Positions 27,541-38,262 of a stretch of 64,000 nt of DNA are shown piece by piece (the stretch's first letter is position 1; every line of letters starts with the position of its first letter). Both the position numbers and the translations under genes were made by a program. The notes under the pieces are model-generated. The model was given only the letters and a program-made list of their open reading frames with translations, made no database searches and had not been told where the DNA came from. The DNA comes from Chloroflexota bacterium (lineage in GTDB: Bacteria > Chloroflexota > UBA11872 > VXOZ01): assembly GCA_964291655.2 (NCBI GenBank), contig OZ219801.1:224001-288000 (forward strand), in the 5' to 3' direction.

Positions 27541-29568
27541 TTATTCGCTTGCGACCGGCGCGAGGCGAATGTTGAAGTGAGCGACCTCAGTTGTGATGGG
27601 CGTGGCCCCGCTCACGATAAGGACAGCGCTTTGCAGTTCTTGACCGAAGCTATCAAGGATGAATGAGATGTCTCTTTCCTCTTGACCTTGCAGCATAACG
27701 CGCTCGACTGTCGGGAAGCCGTCCACGTACCGTACGAGTTGCACAATGTAGTACTGCGGCAGGACGCCGTCGGTACGAAAGAAACCTCTCGCCTCCCAAT
27801 CGCCGTCGGTCTCGGCATCGTCGCCAAACTCGATTCCGCTAATCGAGAAATCGTCCACCAGAATGCCCACACTGTTGATCGCATCATCCGTCACATACTC
27901 GAAGCGCAAGAGAATCTGCTTACCAGCGTAGTCAGCAAGGCTGACTTCCTCTTCGATCCAGCGCGCGACGTCCCCACCACCGCTCTTTCCCGTGAATCCG
28001 TGGCCGAGATTGTTGCCATTTGGGTTCTCAGTCGTTGTGCTCGTGCCGGGCAGAGTTGTCCACGTCACGCCGCCATCGCTCGAAGCTGAGACGTAGGCAT
28101 AGTCAAAGTCTGATTCGATGTCGTACCACGTGCTAAAGCGAAGAATCGCAGAATCGGCATCCCGTAGATCTACTTCTCGCGTGAGAGATGTGGCTGCCAT
28201 GTCAGAACGATTGCCCCACCAAACGTGCGTACCGCTGGGAGCGGAAGTTGGGAAGAGCCGAACCTGCGACGCGCCTAAGAAGTCCAGCGTATAGTCGCCT
28301 TGCGGCATGCGAAGATCGATATACTGGACGCCAAACTGCTTTACCGATAGGTACTCTTCGAAGGTCTGCCGGCGTACTATCTCTTGGGGACGCATGCGGG
28401 GCAGGCGCACGTCGTAATAGTAGGCGCCATTGTCAGGTCGTTCGTCATCTATGTAATTCGCCGCAGTCCAGTCCGCGAACACGTCGTAGAAATCCACGGC
28501 GTATCCTTCTGTTGCCAGATAGGTGTCGATTGTAGCCTGGCCGCGAGCGGGCAGAGCAATGAGGGTCTTTAGCTCCCGATAGCCGCCATAGTGTTGCGCA
28601 AAGTAATCCATGAAGAGGTATGCCGCCGCGTAGTGGGGCAAGACGCCTCGTGGATCATCGCTCCAATGCGTCAGCTGCACGTCTGAGTCTCTTGCATACC
28701 AGGACGCAATATCACCCAGGCTATAGCCGCACAATTCCGACGCAACCATGGCAGCACCTTCGTTGAGCCAGGTCTCCTGGGTCGGATTCTTATTCCAATG
28801 CACCATGTGTTGGAATTCATGACAAAGTGTGGACAGGTAGTACTCGGTTCCAGGACCGTACTCGACTCTATCCACATTTATGTAAAACATCTCTCGTTCG
28901 TTGCTGAACGGATTCACTTCGCTCGGAAACTCGTCGGCTGAAGAATAGTAGCCGCCCACGCCAGGTATGCGGGCATTGAGAATAGTAATTCTCGGATCAT
29001 TGTCTACGCCCGGGCTCCATTCCTCTCCGTAATACCTGCGTATCCTCGGATAGATGGTGTCCTCAAACTCGCGAATCGTCTTGTCGATCCCGGACTGTGG
29101 CAGGTCCAACCCTACTTCTACGTACATGTAGAGGTGCTCTGATTTCCCGCGCAGTTCGGCCTCGATCTGGTAATAGCTACTATTTTCATCGTCTGCAACC
29201 CAAAACGTCTGCACGGTACCCAAGGCATAGTTGGGCCGCTCGGCATTCACCACTCGGTCGACGTTATCTGAAATTCCCTTATAGCGCTTGCCAAGGTCGA
29301 AGAGGTCTCGTTCGGGCTTTTCCGTCGCAAGGAGACGTTGGAGTGTTTGCTCGGCCTGTGGGGATGAATCCTGCGGCCCGAAGGAATCTGCAGGACGCTC
29401 CTCGCCGGCTGGGAGTTTGGTCTCAGGCAGCAGTTCCCCAAGGTCCGGTGCGACCTGAGAACATGACGTAATGACGAGGATTGTGACAGCGAGAAGGAAG
29501 AACAACAAGCCTACAGGATGGCGGCTCATCCAAGCCTGCGGCAGTCCGTGAGACCTAAGTTTTCTCAT
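27541..29568 (-). CDS. Secreted/lipoprotein zinc metalloprotease with immune inhibitor A (M6)-like C-terminal domain
   Basis: TLCHEFQHM (HExxH), WLNEGAA, WYDIESDFDYAYV and LRFEYVTDDA; hydrophobic signal ending ITSC; start 29568 or 29529. Confidence 0.85.
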   Translation of the reverse strand: MRKLRSHGLPQAWMSRHPVGLLFFLLAVTILVITSCSQVAPDLGELLPETKLPAGEERPADSFGPQDSSPQAEQTLQRLLATEKPERDLFDLGKRYKGISDNVDRVVNAERPNYALGTVQTFWVADDENSSYYQIEAELRGKSEHLYMYVEVGLDLPQSGIDKTIREFEDTIYPRIRRYYGEEWSPGVDNDPRITILNARIPGVGGYYSSADEFPSEVNPFSNEREMFYINVDRVEYGPGTEYYLSTLCHEFQHMVHWNKNPTQETWLNEGAAMVASELCGYSLGDIASWYARDSDVQLTHWSDDPRGVLPHYAAAYLFMDYFAQHYGGYRELKTLIALPARGQATIDTYLATEGYAVDFYDVFADWTAANYIDDERPDNGAYYYDVRLPRMRPQEIVRRQTFEEYLSVKQFGVQYIDLRMPQGDYTLDFLGASQVRLFPTSAPSGTHVWWGNRSDMAATSLTREVDLRDADSAILRFSTWYDIESDFDYAYVSASSDGGVTWTTLPGTSTTTENPNGNNLGHGFTGKSGGGDVARWIEEEVSLADYAGKQILLRFEYVTDDAINSVGILVDDFSISGIEFGDDAETDGDWEARGFFRTDGVLPQYYIVQLVRYVDGFPTVERVMLQGQEERDISFILDSFGQELQSAVLIVSGATPITTEVAHFNIRLAPVASE

Positions 29569-30433
29569 CGGAATCAGGCTTAGAATCCGGGCGCGTCCCG
29601 GCAAGCTGGGCGTATCGCTGCGTCGTGCTGATGCTGGTATGGCCAAGCATCGAGCGTACATGCTGCAGAGGCACGCTGCCCTCAATTGCATGGGCAGCAA
29701 ACGTATGGCGCAGGGTCTGCGGGGTGACCTCTGGTAAACGAGCAGCGCGAGCATACCCCTTCAATATGAGCCAAAAGCCCTGACGGGTGAGCCGTTGACC
29801 GCGATGATTGAGAAAGAGCGCCTCGCCCGAACGCGATGTCTGCAACTGCGGCCGGCTCTCCGCGAGGTAATGCCCAATAGCAGCCAAGCACGCCTCGTCT
29901 ATCGGAACAACGGACTGCTTATTGCGTGCGCGCAGCACGAGATGTTGACTCTCGTGAACGACGTCACCTATGTCTATTCCAAGCGCCTCGGTGATGCGAA
30001 TGCCAGTACTGTAAAGCAGCTGTAATATGCTCTGATCGCGGAGGGCTTCCGGCGTGGACTTTTCCTCAGCAGCGGCGAAGAGCGCCCTTACTTGAGCGTG
30101 AGTGAGAACTGTTGGCACCATGCGCTCCACGTGCGTACTGCCAAGGTCCTTCGTCGGATCTTCAGTTACGATGCCCTGCTCGCCAAGGTAGCGGTAAAAG
30201 GAACGCACCGCGGCAACCTTCCGGGCACGAGTGGATGCGCTGTAGCCTCGGTCCAAGAGGTCTCGCGCAAATGCCCCAATGCTGTTGGGGTCTACTTCCC
30301 AATTGCTCACGCCCTGTGCGCGAAGAAATTTGGTCAATTGATTCAAGTCGTTCTTATAAGCCGCCTGAGTATTGGCTGACAATTCTCGCTGTTGAGTTAT
30401 GTAGATTAGAAAATTAGAGACCGATTTTTCCAT
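29555..30433 (-). CDS. xerD: Tyrosine recombinase XerD-like
   Basis: LSANTQAAYKNDL, STRARKVAAVRSF, LLYSTGIRITE, LTRQGFW, TPQTLRHTFA and LGH..ISTTQRY motifs. Confidence 0.85.
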   Translation of the reverse strand: MEKSVSNFLIYITQQRELSANTQAAYKNDLNQLTKFLRAQGVSNWEVDPNSIGAFARDLLDRGYSASTRARKVAAVRSFYRYLGEQGIVTEDPTKDLGSTHVERMVPTVLTHAQVRALFAAAEEKSTPEALRDQSILQLLYSTGIRITEALGIDIGDVVHESQHLVLRARNKQSVVPIDEACLAAIGHYLAESRPQLQTSRSGEALFLNHRGQRLTRQGFWLILKGYARAARLPEVTPQTLRHTFAAHAIEGSVPLQHVRSMLGHTSISTTQRYAQLAGTRPDSKPDSDEKT

Positions 30434-30645
30434 CACTTTCCTCAAATCAGACCGAGTTGAAACATGGCAAACCTCCATACTGCACATCGAAAAGCGCTGC
30501 ACGGCAGCAGAATTCCTGCCCCAGTTCGCCAATCACCACCTGGACGTACTGCGCTCGCGGATCACAGAGCGCTGCCAGAGTACCGAAGCACCACCACATC
30601 GGTGATTACGCTAAGCCGCATTATACATGCGACCAAAGCTATGGG

Positions 30646-31317
30646 CTACCCCACATCCTCAGGCCAGCCGTGCTCGCCCACCAACGGAACGAAGCGTACG
30701 GCGCCAAGATCACGCCGCTTCACATCGTCTCCCTGATTCTCCAACAGCAGAAGCGTCTGCTTTTCGCGATCGCCGACCGGAATTACACACCTCCCGCCTT
30801 GGGTGAGTTGATTGAGCAACGGTTCTGGGGTGCTTGGAGCTGCCGCGGACACGATTATGGCATCATACGGCGCACTATCCGGCCATCCCATCGTGCCGTC
30901 CGCGACGAAAATGTCACAGTTGTCGCAACCCAGGTCACAGAGGCGCCGCTCTGCAACGAGCGCAAGCTCTGCGAATCGTTCGACAGACACAACGCTGCGA
31001 GCCAAACAGCAAAGGATCGCAGTTTGGTATCCGGAACCGGTGCCGATTTCGAGCACATGCTCCTTACCCGTCAGCGAAAGCGCTTCAGTCATAAGGGCAA
31101 CCACGTAGGGTTGCGATATTGTCTGCCCTTCGCCAATGGGCAGTGGGGTATCCTGATAGGCTTCACGGCGCAGGCTGTCGTCTACGAAGTCCTCGCGTGG
31201 AATTTCCCCAATCGCATTGAGGATACGGGTATCCCGAATCCCTTTCCTGCGCAGTGAGGAAGCCAGACGGACCCGCTGCAGTGTGGAAGAGTCTGCCGCA
31301 CTTTCCCGCCCATCCAC
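30646..31317 (-). CDS. pcm: Protein-L-isoaspartate O-methyltransferase
   Basis: IPREDFV, LPIGEGQTISQP, VLEIGTGSGYQTA, APYDAI and VRFVPL motifs. Confidence 0.96.
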   Translation of the reverse strand: MDGRESAADSSTLQRVRLASSLRRKGIRDTRILNAIGEIPREDFVDDSLRREAYQDTPLPIGEGQTISQPYVVALMTEALSLTGKEHVLEIGTGSGYQTAILCCLARSVVSVERFAELALVAERRLCDLGCDNCDIFVADGTMGWPDSAPYDAIIVSAAAPSTPEPLLNQLTQGGRCVIPVGDREKQTLLLLENQGDDVKRRDLGAVRFVPLVGEHGWPEDVG

Positions 31318-31319
31318 GA

Positions 31320-31904
31320 TTAACCCTTCTTGTACGTCACCTCTTCTCCCGTCCCAATGGGCACCAGCACACTCACGCAGTTCGGATGGTTCCGCACCTT
31401 GCTGAAGTATTCTTCCAGATACTCACCATGAGAGACCGCGTTATCGGCCACAATGACGCCTCCCGGGGAGAGTCGGGGGTAGATCAGATCAAAGTAGGCC
31501 GCATAGTCTTCTTTGGCCGCATCGAGAAAGACAAGATCATACGGCCCTGCGAGGGTTGCCAAAGTCTGCTTGCCATCACCCTGTATCACGGTGATTACAT
31601 CCGCCAAGCCTGCCTTGGCAAAGTTCGCCTCAGCCACGGCTATTTTCTCGGATTCGAGTTCTAGCGTAGTGATGCGGGCGCCAACTTCACGCGCGGCCAG
31701 CCCAATCCAGATAGTGGAATACCCGTGAAACATGCCGATTTCTAGGATGCGCTTGGGTTTTGCCACCTGAACCAGCACGTGGAGAAACCTGCCAGTATCA
31801 GGGGGTACGCTGATACGCACTTGGCCCCACTCTTCCGGCCGGTCTGCTAGTGCCTGCAGGATGTCGGCGTCTGCCATCGTCTCCACGGCGTCCTCCTCGC
31901 GCAT
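31320..31904 (-). CDS. Class I SAM-dependent O-methyltransferase (COMT/CCoAOMT-like)
   Basis: ILEIGMFHGYSTIW, DLVFLDAAK and GGVIVADN motifs; start may be 31886 (GTG). Confidence 0.9.
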   Translation of the reverse strand: MREEDAVETMADADILQALADRPEEWGQVRISVPPDTGRFLHVLVQVAKPKRILEIGMFHGYSTIWIGLAAREVGARITTLELESEKIAVAEANFAKAGLADVITVIQGDGKQTLATLAGPYDLVFLDAAKEDYAAYFDLIYPRLSPGGVIVADNAVSHGEYLEEYFSKVRNHPNCVSVLVPIGTGEEVTYKKG

Positions 31905-31929
31905 GTCACATTATGTCTCATTCGGCCAT

Positions 31930-34623
31930 TTATTTGTCTGCAGGTGTTTGATTCTCAAGCGTTACTTGCGCCGCGGCAATGCGGGCCACCGGGACACGGT
32001 AAGGTGAACACGACACGTAGTCTAGACCGACGCCATGGCAGAAATAGATGGAACTGGGATCGCCGCCATGCTCTCCGCAGATGCCTACTTCAAGGCCTGG
32101 ACGCGACTTTCTCCCTTCTGCCACCGCAATCGAAACCAGCCGGCCCACGCCATCCCGGTCGAGTACCTGGAACGGATTCTCCGGCAGGATCGCATTCTCC
32201 ACATAGTTCAGCAGAAACTTCCCTTCCGCATCATCGCGGGAATAACCATAGGTAGTTTGGGTCAGGTCATTGGTACCGAAACTAAAGAACTCCGCATGTT
32301 CCGCAATCTCGGAGGCCGTCAATGCAGCACGCGGCACCTCGATCATGGTGCCGAATTTGTATGCCACACTATCGCCCTGCTCCTGTTCGACCTTTTGCGC
32401 AATGCGCTCAAGGTCCCGCTGCAGCACGCCGAGTTCATTCGCATGGCTGACAAGGGGGATCATGATCTCCGGATGGGGGTCGCCGCCCTCTTGCTTGATT
32501 GCAAGCGCCGCCTCCAGGATCGCGCGCACCTGCATTTCGTAGATTTCAGGATACTCAAGGCCCAACCGGCAGCCGCGCAAGCCCAGCATGGGGTTTGCCT
32601 CACGCAGCGACGCGACGTTTTCCAAGAGCGCCTGCCGCTCCTGAAGCCGTTCCGGATCCTGAGCTGTCGCGCGCAATGTGGCCACTTCCTCCAGCAATTC
32701 TGCATAATCGGGCAAGAATTCATGGAGGGGCGGGTCGAGCAGGCGAATGACTACCGGCAGACCATCCATGGCACGCAAGATGCCCTCGAAGTCACCACGC
32801 TGGATGGGCAATAGCTTGTCCAAAGCGGCTTGGCGCTCACTTGAACTGCTTGCCAAGATCATCTGCTGCACGACGGGTAGCCGTTCTTCCTCGAAGAACA
32901 TGTGCTCCGTGCGGCACAGCCCGATGCCCTGTGCGCCGTAGGTGCGTGCCAGCGCGGCGTCGCGGGGGTAGTCCGCATTGGCCCACACTTCCAGGCGTCG
33001 AATTGCATCCGCCCAACGGAGCAACTCGCTCATTTCCGGCGTGATTTCGGGTTGGATCAAAGGAACTTCGCCCAGAATTACTTCGCCGGTGCTGCCGTTG
33101 AGCGAGATGGAGTCCCGCTTCTTGATGGTCACATCACCCGCCGTAAAGCGTTCATGCTCCATATCAATCCGAATCTCATCGCAGCCGGCAACGCAAGGCT
33201 TGCCCAAGCCGCGGGCAACTACGGCCGCATGACTGGTAGCGCCGCCGCGCGCCGTCAAAATTCCTTGTGATGCAATCATGCCGTGCACGTCATCGGGACT
33301 CGTCTCAGGACGCACCAAGATCACGCTGTGCCCTTGCCGGGCTACGGATTCCGCCTCATCGGGATCAAAAAACGCCATACCTACCGCGGCCCCCGGCGAG
33401 GCATTGAGACCCTTGGCTATCACGCTCACCTCGGCATTGGGATCAATCCGCGGGTGGAGTAGGTGGTCGATCTGTTCCGGTTCCACCCGGGCGATTGCCT
33501 CTTCCTTTGTAATAAGCCCCTCATTGAACATATCTACCGCAATTCTTACGGCCGCACTCGCGGTGCGCTTGCCTGTGCGAGTCTGGAGCATGTAGAGCGT
33601 GCCGCGCTCGACTGTGAACTCCATGTCCTGCATTTCGCGATAGTGATTCTCAAGTCGCTGGGCAATCTCCGAGAACTCTTCGTATATGTCCGGCCACACT
33701 TCTTGCAGCTTGGCAATCGGCAGCGGCGTCCGTACGCCAGCGACCACATCCTCGCCCTGGGCATCCTCCAGAAACTCGCCAAAGAGCGCCGGATCGCCGG
33801 TAGATGGATTGCGCGTAAAGGCCACACCGGTGCCCGAATCACTCCCCATGTTGCCAAAGACCATAGCCTGAACGTTCACGGCCGTGCCGAGGGAGTGAGG
33901 TATCCGATGAAAATTTCGATAGTCTATAGCGCGCCGGTTGTTCCATGAGGCGAAGACGGCCTCGATCGCGCCGTGCAACTGACCCAGCGGATCGCTGGGA
34001 AAAGCCTTTGCAGTCTCGCTCTCAACAATGTCCTTGAAGCGCCGCACTGCATCTTGCAGGTGAGCGACTGTAAGGTCTACGTCTTGCTCTATGCCAGCTT
34101 CGTGCTTTATGGCCTCTAATGCGTGCTCAAAGCGATCTTTATCAACTTCGAGGACGACGTTGCCATACATTTGCACAAAGCGTCGGTAGGAGTCCCACGC
34201 AAAGCGCTCGTTCTGAGTCTGCGCAATCACGCCTTGCAACGTGTCGTCATTCAGACCCAAGTTGAGAATCGTATCCATCATGCCGGGCATGCTGAACTTC
34301 GCCCCGGAGCGGACGGAAACCAGCAAGGGGTTCTCTACGTCACCAAGCCGCTTGCCGGTCTTTTCTTCCAAGTCCTGGAGCGCTTCTAACGCCTGGTCCC
34401 ACATGCCAATTGGAAATTGCTCATCCGACTCGTAGAACGCGTTGCAGGCTTCCGTAGTAACGACAAATCCTGGAGGCACCGGGAGGCCGGCGCGCATCAT
34501 CTCGGCGCAATTTGCGCCCTTGCCGCCCAGCAGGTCACGCATGGTCGCGTCACCGTCTTCAAATCGGTACACCCATTTGGGCTGTGTGTCCACGTCCTTC
34601 GCTGCGACTGCCTCTTTTGCCAT
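31930..34623 (-). CDS. ppdK: Pyruvate, phosphate dikinase
   Basis: LLGGKGAN, SVRSGA..SMPGMMDT, GGATSHAAVV, GLCRTEHMF, SFGTNDLTQ and ICGEHGGDP motifs. Confidence 0.98.
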   Translation of the reverse strand: MAKEAVAAKDVDTQPKWVYRFEDGDATMRDLLGGKGANCAEMMRAGLPVPPGFVVTTEACNAFYESDEQFPIGMWDQALEALQDLEEKTGKRLGDVENPLLVSVRSGAKFSMPGMMDTILNLGLNDDTLQGVIAQTQNERFAWDSYRRFVQMYGNVVLEVDKDRFEHALEAIKHEAGIEQDVDLTVAHLQDAVRRFKDIVESETAKAFPSDPLGQLHGAIEAVFASWNNRRAIDYRNFHRIPHSLGTAVNVQAMVFGNMGSDSGTGVAFTRNPSTGDPALFGEFLEDAQGEDVVAGVRTPLPIAKLQEVWPDIYEEFSEIAQRLENHYREMQDMEFTVERGTLYMLQTRTGKRTASAAVRIAVDMFNEGLITKEEAIARVEPEQIDHLLHPRIDPNAEVSVIAKGLNASPGAAVGMAFFDPDEAESVARQGHSVILVRPETSPDDVHGMIASQGILTARGGATSHAAVVARGLGKPCVAGCDEIRIDMEHERFTAGDVTIKKRDSISLNGSTGEVILGEVPLIQPEITPEMSELLRWADAIRRLEVWANADYPRDAALARTYGAQGIGLCRTEHMFFEEERLPVVQQMILASSSSERQAALDKLLPIQRGDFEGILRAMDGLPVVIRLLDPPLHEFLPDYAELLEEVATLRATAQDPERLQERQALLENVASLREANPMLGLRGCRLGLEYPEIYEMQVRAILEAALAIKQEGGDPHPEIMIPLVSHANELGVLQRDLERIAQKVEQEQGDSVAYKFGTMIEVPRAALTASEIAEHAEFFSFGTNDLTQTTYGYSRDDAEGKFLLNYVENAILPENPFQVLDRDGVGRLVSIAVAEGRKSRPGLEVGICGEHGGDPSSIYFCHGVGLDYVSCSPYRVPVARIAAAQVTLENQTPADK

Positions 34624-35117
34624 ACTCGCGCATACCTCCAAATTGTGGTAACCGGATGGTGTACCCAAAATACTTAGTGCAAATCTACGGTGAAACCCAC
34701 GGGCATTATAGCATGCCTACGACCACGCCCCGCGTGCGATGAACTAAGGCGGAAGGCCACGGCGCCCCGACCAAACCCGCGCGGCTTCGTCCTCTACTTT
34801 CTGACTCTACAACGTGAGAGTGTACGCAAGTATCACTGTTTGGGTACCCAAGCGAATGCCCCTTGCTTTGCCTTCAGATGAGCTGCAGGAGGACACCAGC
34901 TTGCTTGCCGACAGAGATTGGTTGCACATGAGAATCCTTCACGCTGGCAACTCCCATGTGTCGTCCCATCTTCACTCTAGGCTGAAGCTGTCACGCAATT
35001 CTGGGGCATGGTACGATTGAAGCGTCAGGGAACAATTCGGCTAGATCGATCCTGGGCTTTGGGGCCGGACGTTTAGCAGGGCCCCTTGCAGAATTTCTAC
35101 TAAGAACGGAACTGACC

Positions 35118-35627
35118 GTGAGTGAATTTGTCCTGAGAGTCAAAAGCAAGCAATTAATCTGGCCGCTGCTCCTCGCAGCATCAATCATCATTAGCGATCA
35201 GATAACCAAGGCCTTCATCGTTGAGTGGTTGAAACCGCAAGGCACCGTGTCGATCATCGGGGATCTGCTACGGCTAACATATGTCACGAATTCCGGCGTT
35301 GCCTTCGGCATGCTCACGGGAATGCCCTATGTCCTGACTGTCCCCATCGTAATCCTCATTGGGGTCATTGCCTTCTATTTGGTCAAGACCTTGGGCCAGT
35401 CATTCTTGCTCACGTTGGCGCTTTCCCTGGAGCTTGGCGGCGCGCTTGGGAATTTGATCGACCGAATTCGCTTAGGCTATGTGGTCGACTTTGTGAAACT
35501 GCCCTACTGGCCCGCCTTTAACGTTGCCGACAGTTGCGTCGTCATCGGCGCAATTGGACTTGCGTTTGTCCTCCTGTGGCAAGACCGGCAGCCACGTACC
35601 GAAGAGCCGGATTCGTCGCTCTCTTGA
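35118..35627 (+). CDS. lspA: Lipoprotein signal peptidase II
   Basis: DQITK, NSGVAFG, GALGNLIDR, VVDF and FNVAD motifs. Confidence 0.95.
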   Translation: MSEFVLRVKSKQLIWPLLLAASIIISDQITKAFIVEWLKPQGTVSIIGDLLRLTYVTNSGVAFGMLTGMPYVLTVPIVILIGVIAFYLVKTLGQSFLLTLALSLELGGALGNLIDRIRLGYVVDFVKLPYWPAFNVADSCVVIGAIGLAFVLLWQDRQPRTEEPDSSLS

Positions 35628-35652
35628 ATCGTCAGAAGGTGTTCACCCAGCG

Positions 35653-36594
35653 ATGCCGACGTTACTCCTGACGCCGACGTGTGGTGATGAGGGCAAGCGC
35701 CTCGACGTCTACATTGCCGCTGCTGAACCCGAACTCAGCCGCTCGCAAGTGAAGCGACTGATTGAAGAAGACCGCGTAGGCATTGCCGGGCAAGCAGTCG
35801 GCCCATCCACAAAAGTGCATGCCGGCAGAGTAATCCAGGTTGAGTTGCCTGACGCCTGCGAGCCGGTTCTCAGCGCCGAACCGCTCACGGTGCCAATTTT
35901 GCACTGCGACGCGGACATAGTCGTAATCAACAAACCGGCGGGACTGGTCGTGCATCCTGGCGCCGGGCAATCTAAACACACCCTCGTCAATCAACTCATC
36001 GGCCGCTTCCCGGAACTCTTAAGCGTCGGCAACAATCTTCGTCCAGGCATCGTGCATCGACTGGACAAGGATACTTCCGGCGTAATGGTAGTTGCCCGCA
36101 GTCCTGACGCCTATGCAGGTCTCGTGGCGCAGTTCGCCGCAAGATCAATCGACAAAACGTATGTCGCATTGGTGGAGGGCACTCCCGCTGTCGAGCGGGG
36201 TGTCATCAATGCGCCGGTAGGACGTCATCCAACCCGGCGGACAGCCATGGGCGTTGTACGGGACGGCAAGACTGCCACCACCCACTTCACCGTGGTTGAG
36301 TCTTTGGGCCCGCGCTCGCTCCTCGAAATAGTCCCTGCTACCGGGCGCACCCACCAAATTCGCGTGCACCTGTCAGCCGCAGGGATCCCTGTTGCGGGAG
36401 ACCCTACGTATGGGCATAGGTCTACGTTGCCCGGTTTGCACCGTACCTTCTTGCACGCGCGAATGCTGGGATTTGCGCATCCGGCAACAGGTGCGCGCGT
36501 ACAATTTGAGGCGCCGCTGGCGAGCGAATTGACTGACGTTCTGCGGCAACTCGGCAGCGCCTGGATCGAGCAGGAATTGGTTGACCCTACGTAG
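35653..36594 (+). CDS. rluD: RluA/RluD family pseudouridine synthase
   Basis: S4 domain (RLDVY..SRSQV), NKPAGLVVHP, HRLDKDTSG and TGRTHQIRVH; follows lspA. Confidence 0.92.
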   Translation: MPTLLLTPTCGDEGKRLDVYIAAAEPELSRSQVKRLIEEDRVGIAGQAVGPSTKVHAGRVIQVELPDACEPVLSAEPLTVPILHCDADIVVINKPAGLVVHPGAGQSKHTLVNQLIGRFPELLSVGNNLRPGIVHRLDKDTSGVMVVARSPDAYAGLVAQFAARSIDKTYVALVEGTPAVERGVINAPVGRHPTRRTAMGVVRDGKTATTHFTVVESLGPRSLLEIVPATGRTHQIRVHLSAAGIPVAGDPTYGHRSTLPGLHRTFLHARMLGFAHPATGARVQFEAPLASELTDVLRQLGSAWIEQELVDPT

Positions 36595-36658
36595 CAAAGA
36601 CCCTACGATAAGAAGTCGCTAAGCAGAAAATCACAGTCTCGCTTAAGACTAACCAAAA

Positions 36659-37612
36659 ATGTACGCACACATTACAGGCTGGGGCAAGGCGCTACCGAAG
36701 CGGCGTCTCACCAACGCAGACATTGAAAAAATGGTGGAAACGGCGGACGAGTGGATCGTTAGCCGCACGGGCATTAGCGAGCGGCGCATAGTTTCAGCCG
36801 GTGAAACTACCGACTCGCTGGGCGCCGAGGCCGCCCACGAAGCACTTGCACGGGCGAACGTCACTGCCGCCGACGTAGATATAGTAATCGCCGCGAGCTG
36901 CACACCCGAGTCTCTCTTTCCCAGTATCGCCAACCGCGTTCAGGAGCGACTAGGGCTTAATCGTGCCGCCGCGCTTGATCTCAATCAGGCGTGTGCGGGG
37001 TTCATCCATGGGCTCGCCGTTGCGCAGGGGTTTGTTGCTTCAGGCCAGTACCGCACTATCCTCGTTATCGGCTCGGAAGTCCTCACTCGCCACGTGGACT
37101 GGACAGATCGCACAACCTGCGTGCTTTTCGGCGATGCCGCCGGCGCTGTCGTAGTGCAGGCGTCAAATGAACCCGGAGGGCCCTTGGCTTTCGATTTAGG
37201 CTCTAACGGCGCGGGGGGCGATCTTCTTACGCTGCCGACTGACGGAAAGCTATCCATGAATGGACGAGAAGTGTACCGCTTCGCCGTAACCGCGATGACT
37301 GCGTCACTGGCTACCGCCGTTGAAAAAGCCGATTTGAAGCTGGACCAGATTGATCTCCTGATTCCCCATCAAGCCAATATCCGTATCATTCAATCCGCCG
37401 CCCAAACGCTCGGACTGCCAATGAGAAGGGTGTTCACCAACGTAGAAAAGTACGGCAATACGTCAGCCGCATCAATTCCGGTAGCGCTCTGCGAAGCCAT
37501 TGAAGAGGGGCGCATCAAACTCGGTGACACCATCGCCATGGTCGCATTCGGCGCGGGCCTCGCATGGGGCGCGACCGTCCTGCGCTGGACCAGCCCGGTC
37601 AAGGGGACCTAG
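36659..37612 (+). CDS. fabH: 3-oxoacyl-ACP synthase III
   Basis: QACAGF, PHQAN and YGNTSAAS catalytic triad motifs. Confidence 0.96.
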   Translation: MYAHITGWGKALPKRRLTNADIEKMVETADEWIVSRTGISERRIVSAGETTDSLGAEAAHEALARANVTAADVDIVIAASCTPESLFPSIANRVQERLGLNRAAALDLNQACAGFIHGLAVAQGFVASGQYRTILVIGSEVLTRHVDWTDRTTCVLFGDAAGAVVVQASNEPGGPLAFDLGSNGAGGDLLTLPTDGKLSMNGREVYRFAVTAMTASLATAVEKADLKLDQIDLLIPHQANIRIIQSAAQTLGLPMRRVFTNVEKYGNTSAASIPVALCEAIEEGRIKLGDTIAMVAFGAGLAWGATVLRWTSPVKGT

Positions 37613-37704
37613 GAGATTTCCAAGTCGAAGTCGAAGGCCGCAATGCTGCCACCGGCACTTTGCTCAATTGAGAGTCCCTACCACCGAGCAGAGCAGCCAA
37701 AAGG

Positions 37705-38262
37705 CTACCCGGGTTGAATCTCCCAAAAGTCCTCTCCCAACGCGTCATACGGCAAGCGGCGCTCGTCCGGGTCTTTGGCATCGAACTGCTGATTCACGAA
37801 ATAGAAGAGAAAGACGTCGTCAGTTCCGAGGTTGGCTGCACCGTGCGCCACGCCGCGGGGAATGTAGAGGAGTTGACTGCGACCCCTCCCGAGAACGAAC
37901 CGCATCGTGTTGCCGGTAGTTGCAGAACCCTCGCGCACATCCCACAATCCAACCAACAACGCCTGGGATGGGGGCACAAACCATAGGTCTTCTTGATTGA
38001 AGTGCAAGTGCCATGCCTTGATTGCCCCTGCAGCCATTGAGGAACAGTTGACTTGCCGTACCTCGAAGTCTTCAAGGCCCTCTATCGCTCCGCAATCCAA
38101 ACGTCCAAGTTCAGAAAACGTGCCGCCGTCTTCAGCAAAGGTTTGCAACGGCAGGAATAGGACGCCGTCGATCTGAGACTTGGCGCCATACTCCTGACGA
38201 GAGACTTGCGCACGGACTCTCTCCTGAATGTCGCTCGAGCCTAGCGGCGTTTTTCTTGCCAT
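37705..38262 (-). CDS. dTDP-4-dehydrorhamnose 3,5-epimerase family (RmlC-like cupin)
   Basis: GAIKAWHLH..QED.W, LYIPRGVAHG and PDERR motifs. Confidence 0.85.
   Translation of the reverse strand: MARKTPLGSSDIQERVRAQVSRQEYGAKSQIDGVLFLPLQTFAEDGGTFSELGRLDCGAIEGLEDFEVRQVNCSSMAAGAIKAWHLHFNQEDLWFVPPSQALLVGLWDVREGSATTGNTMRFVLGRGRSQLLYIPRGVAHGAANLGTDDVFLFYFVNQQFDAKDPDERRLPYDALGEDFWEIQPG

Noticed and set aside
23085-30433. Integrative element bounded by tRNA-Pro and the tyrosine recombinase
   Set aside because: The recombinase is XerD-like (LTRQG motif) within a housekeeping run, lies on the 5' side of the tRNA, and no duplicated tRNA 3' end was seen.
34669-35117. Long divergent intergenic region with short ORFs
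   Set aside because: No coding signature or convincing structure; consistent with two promoter regions.
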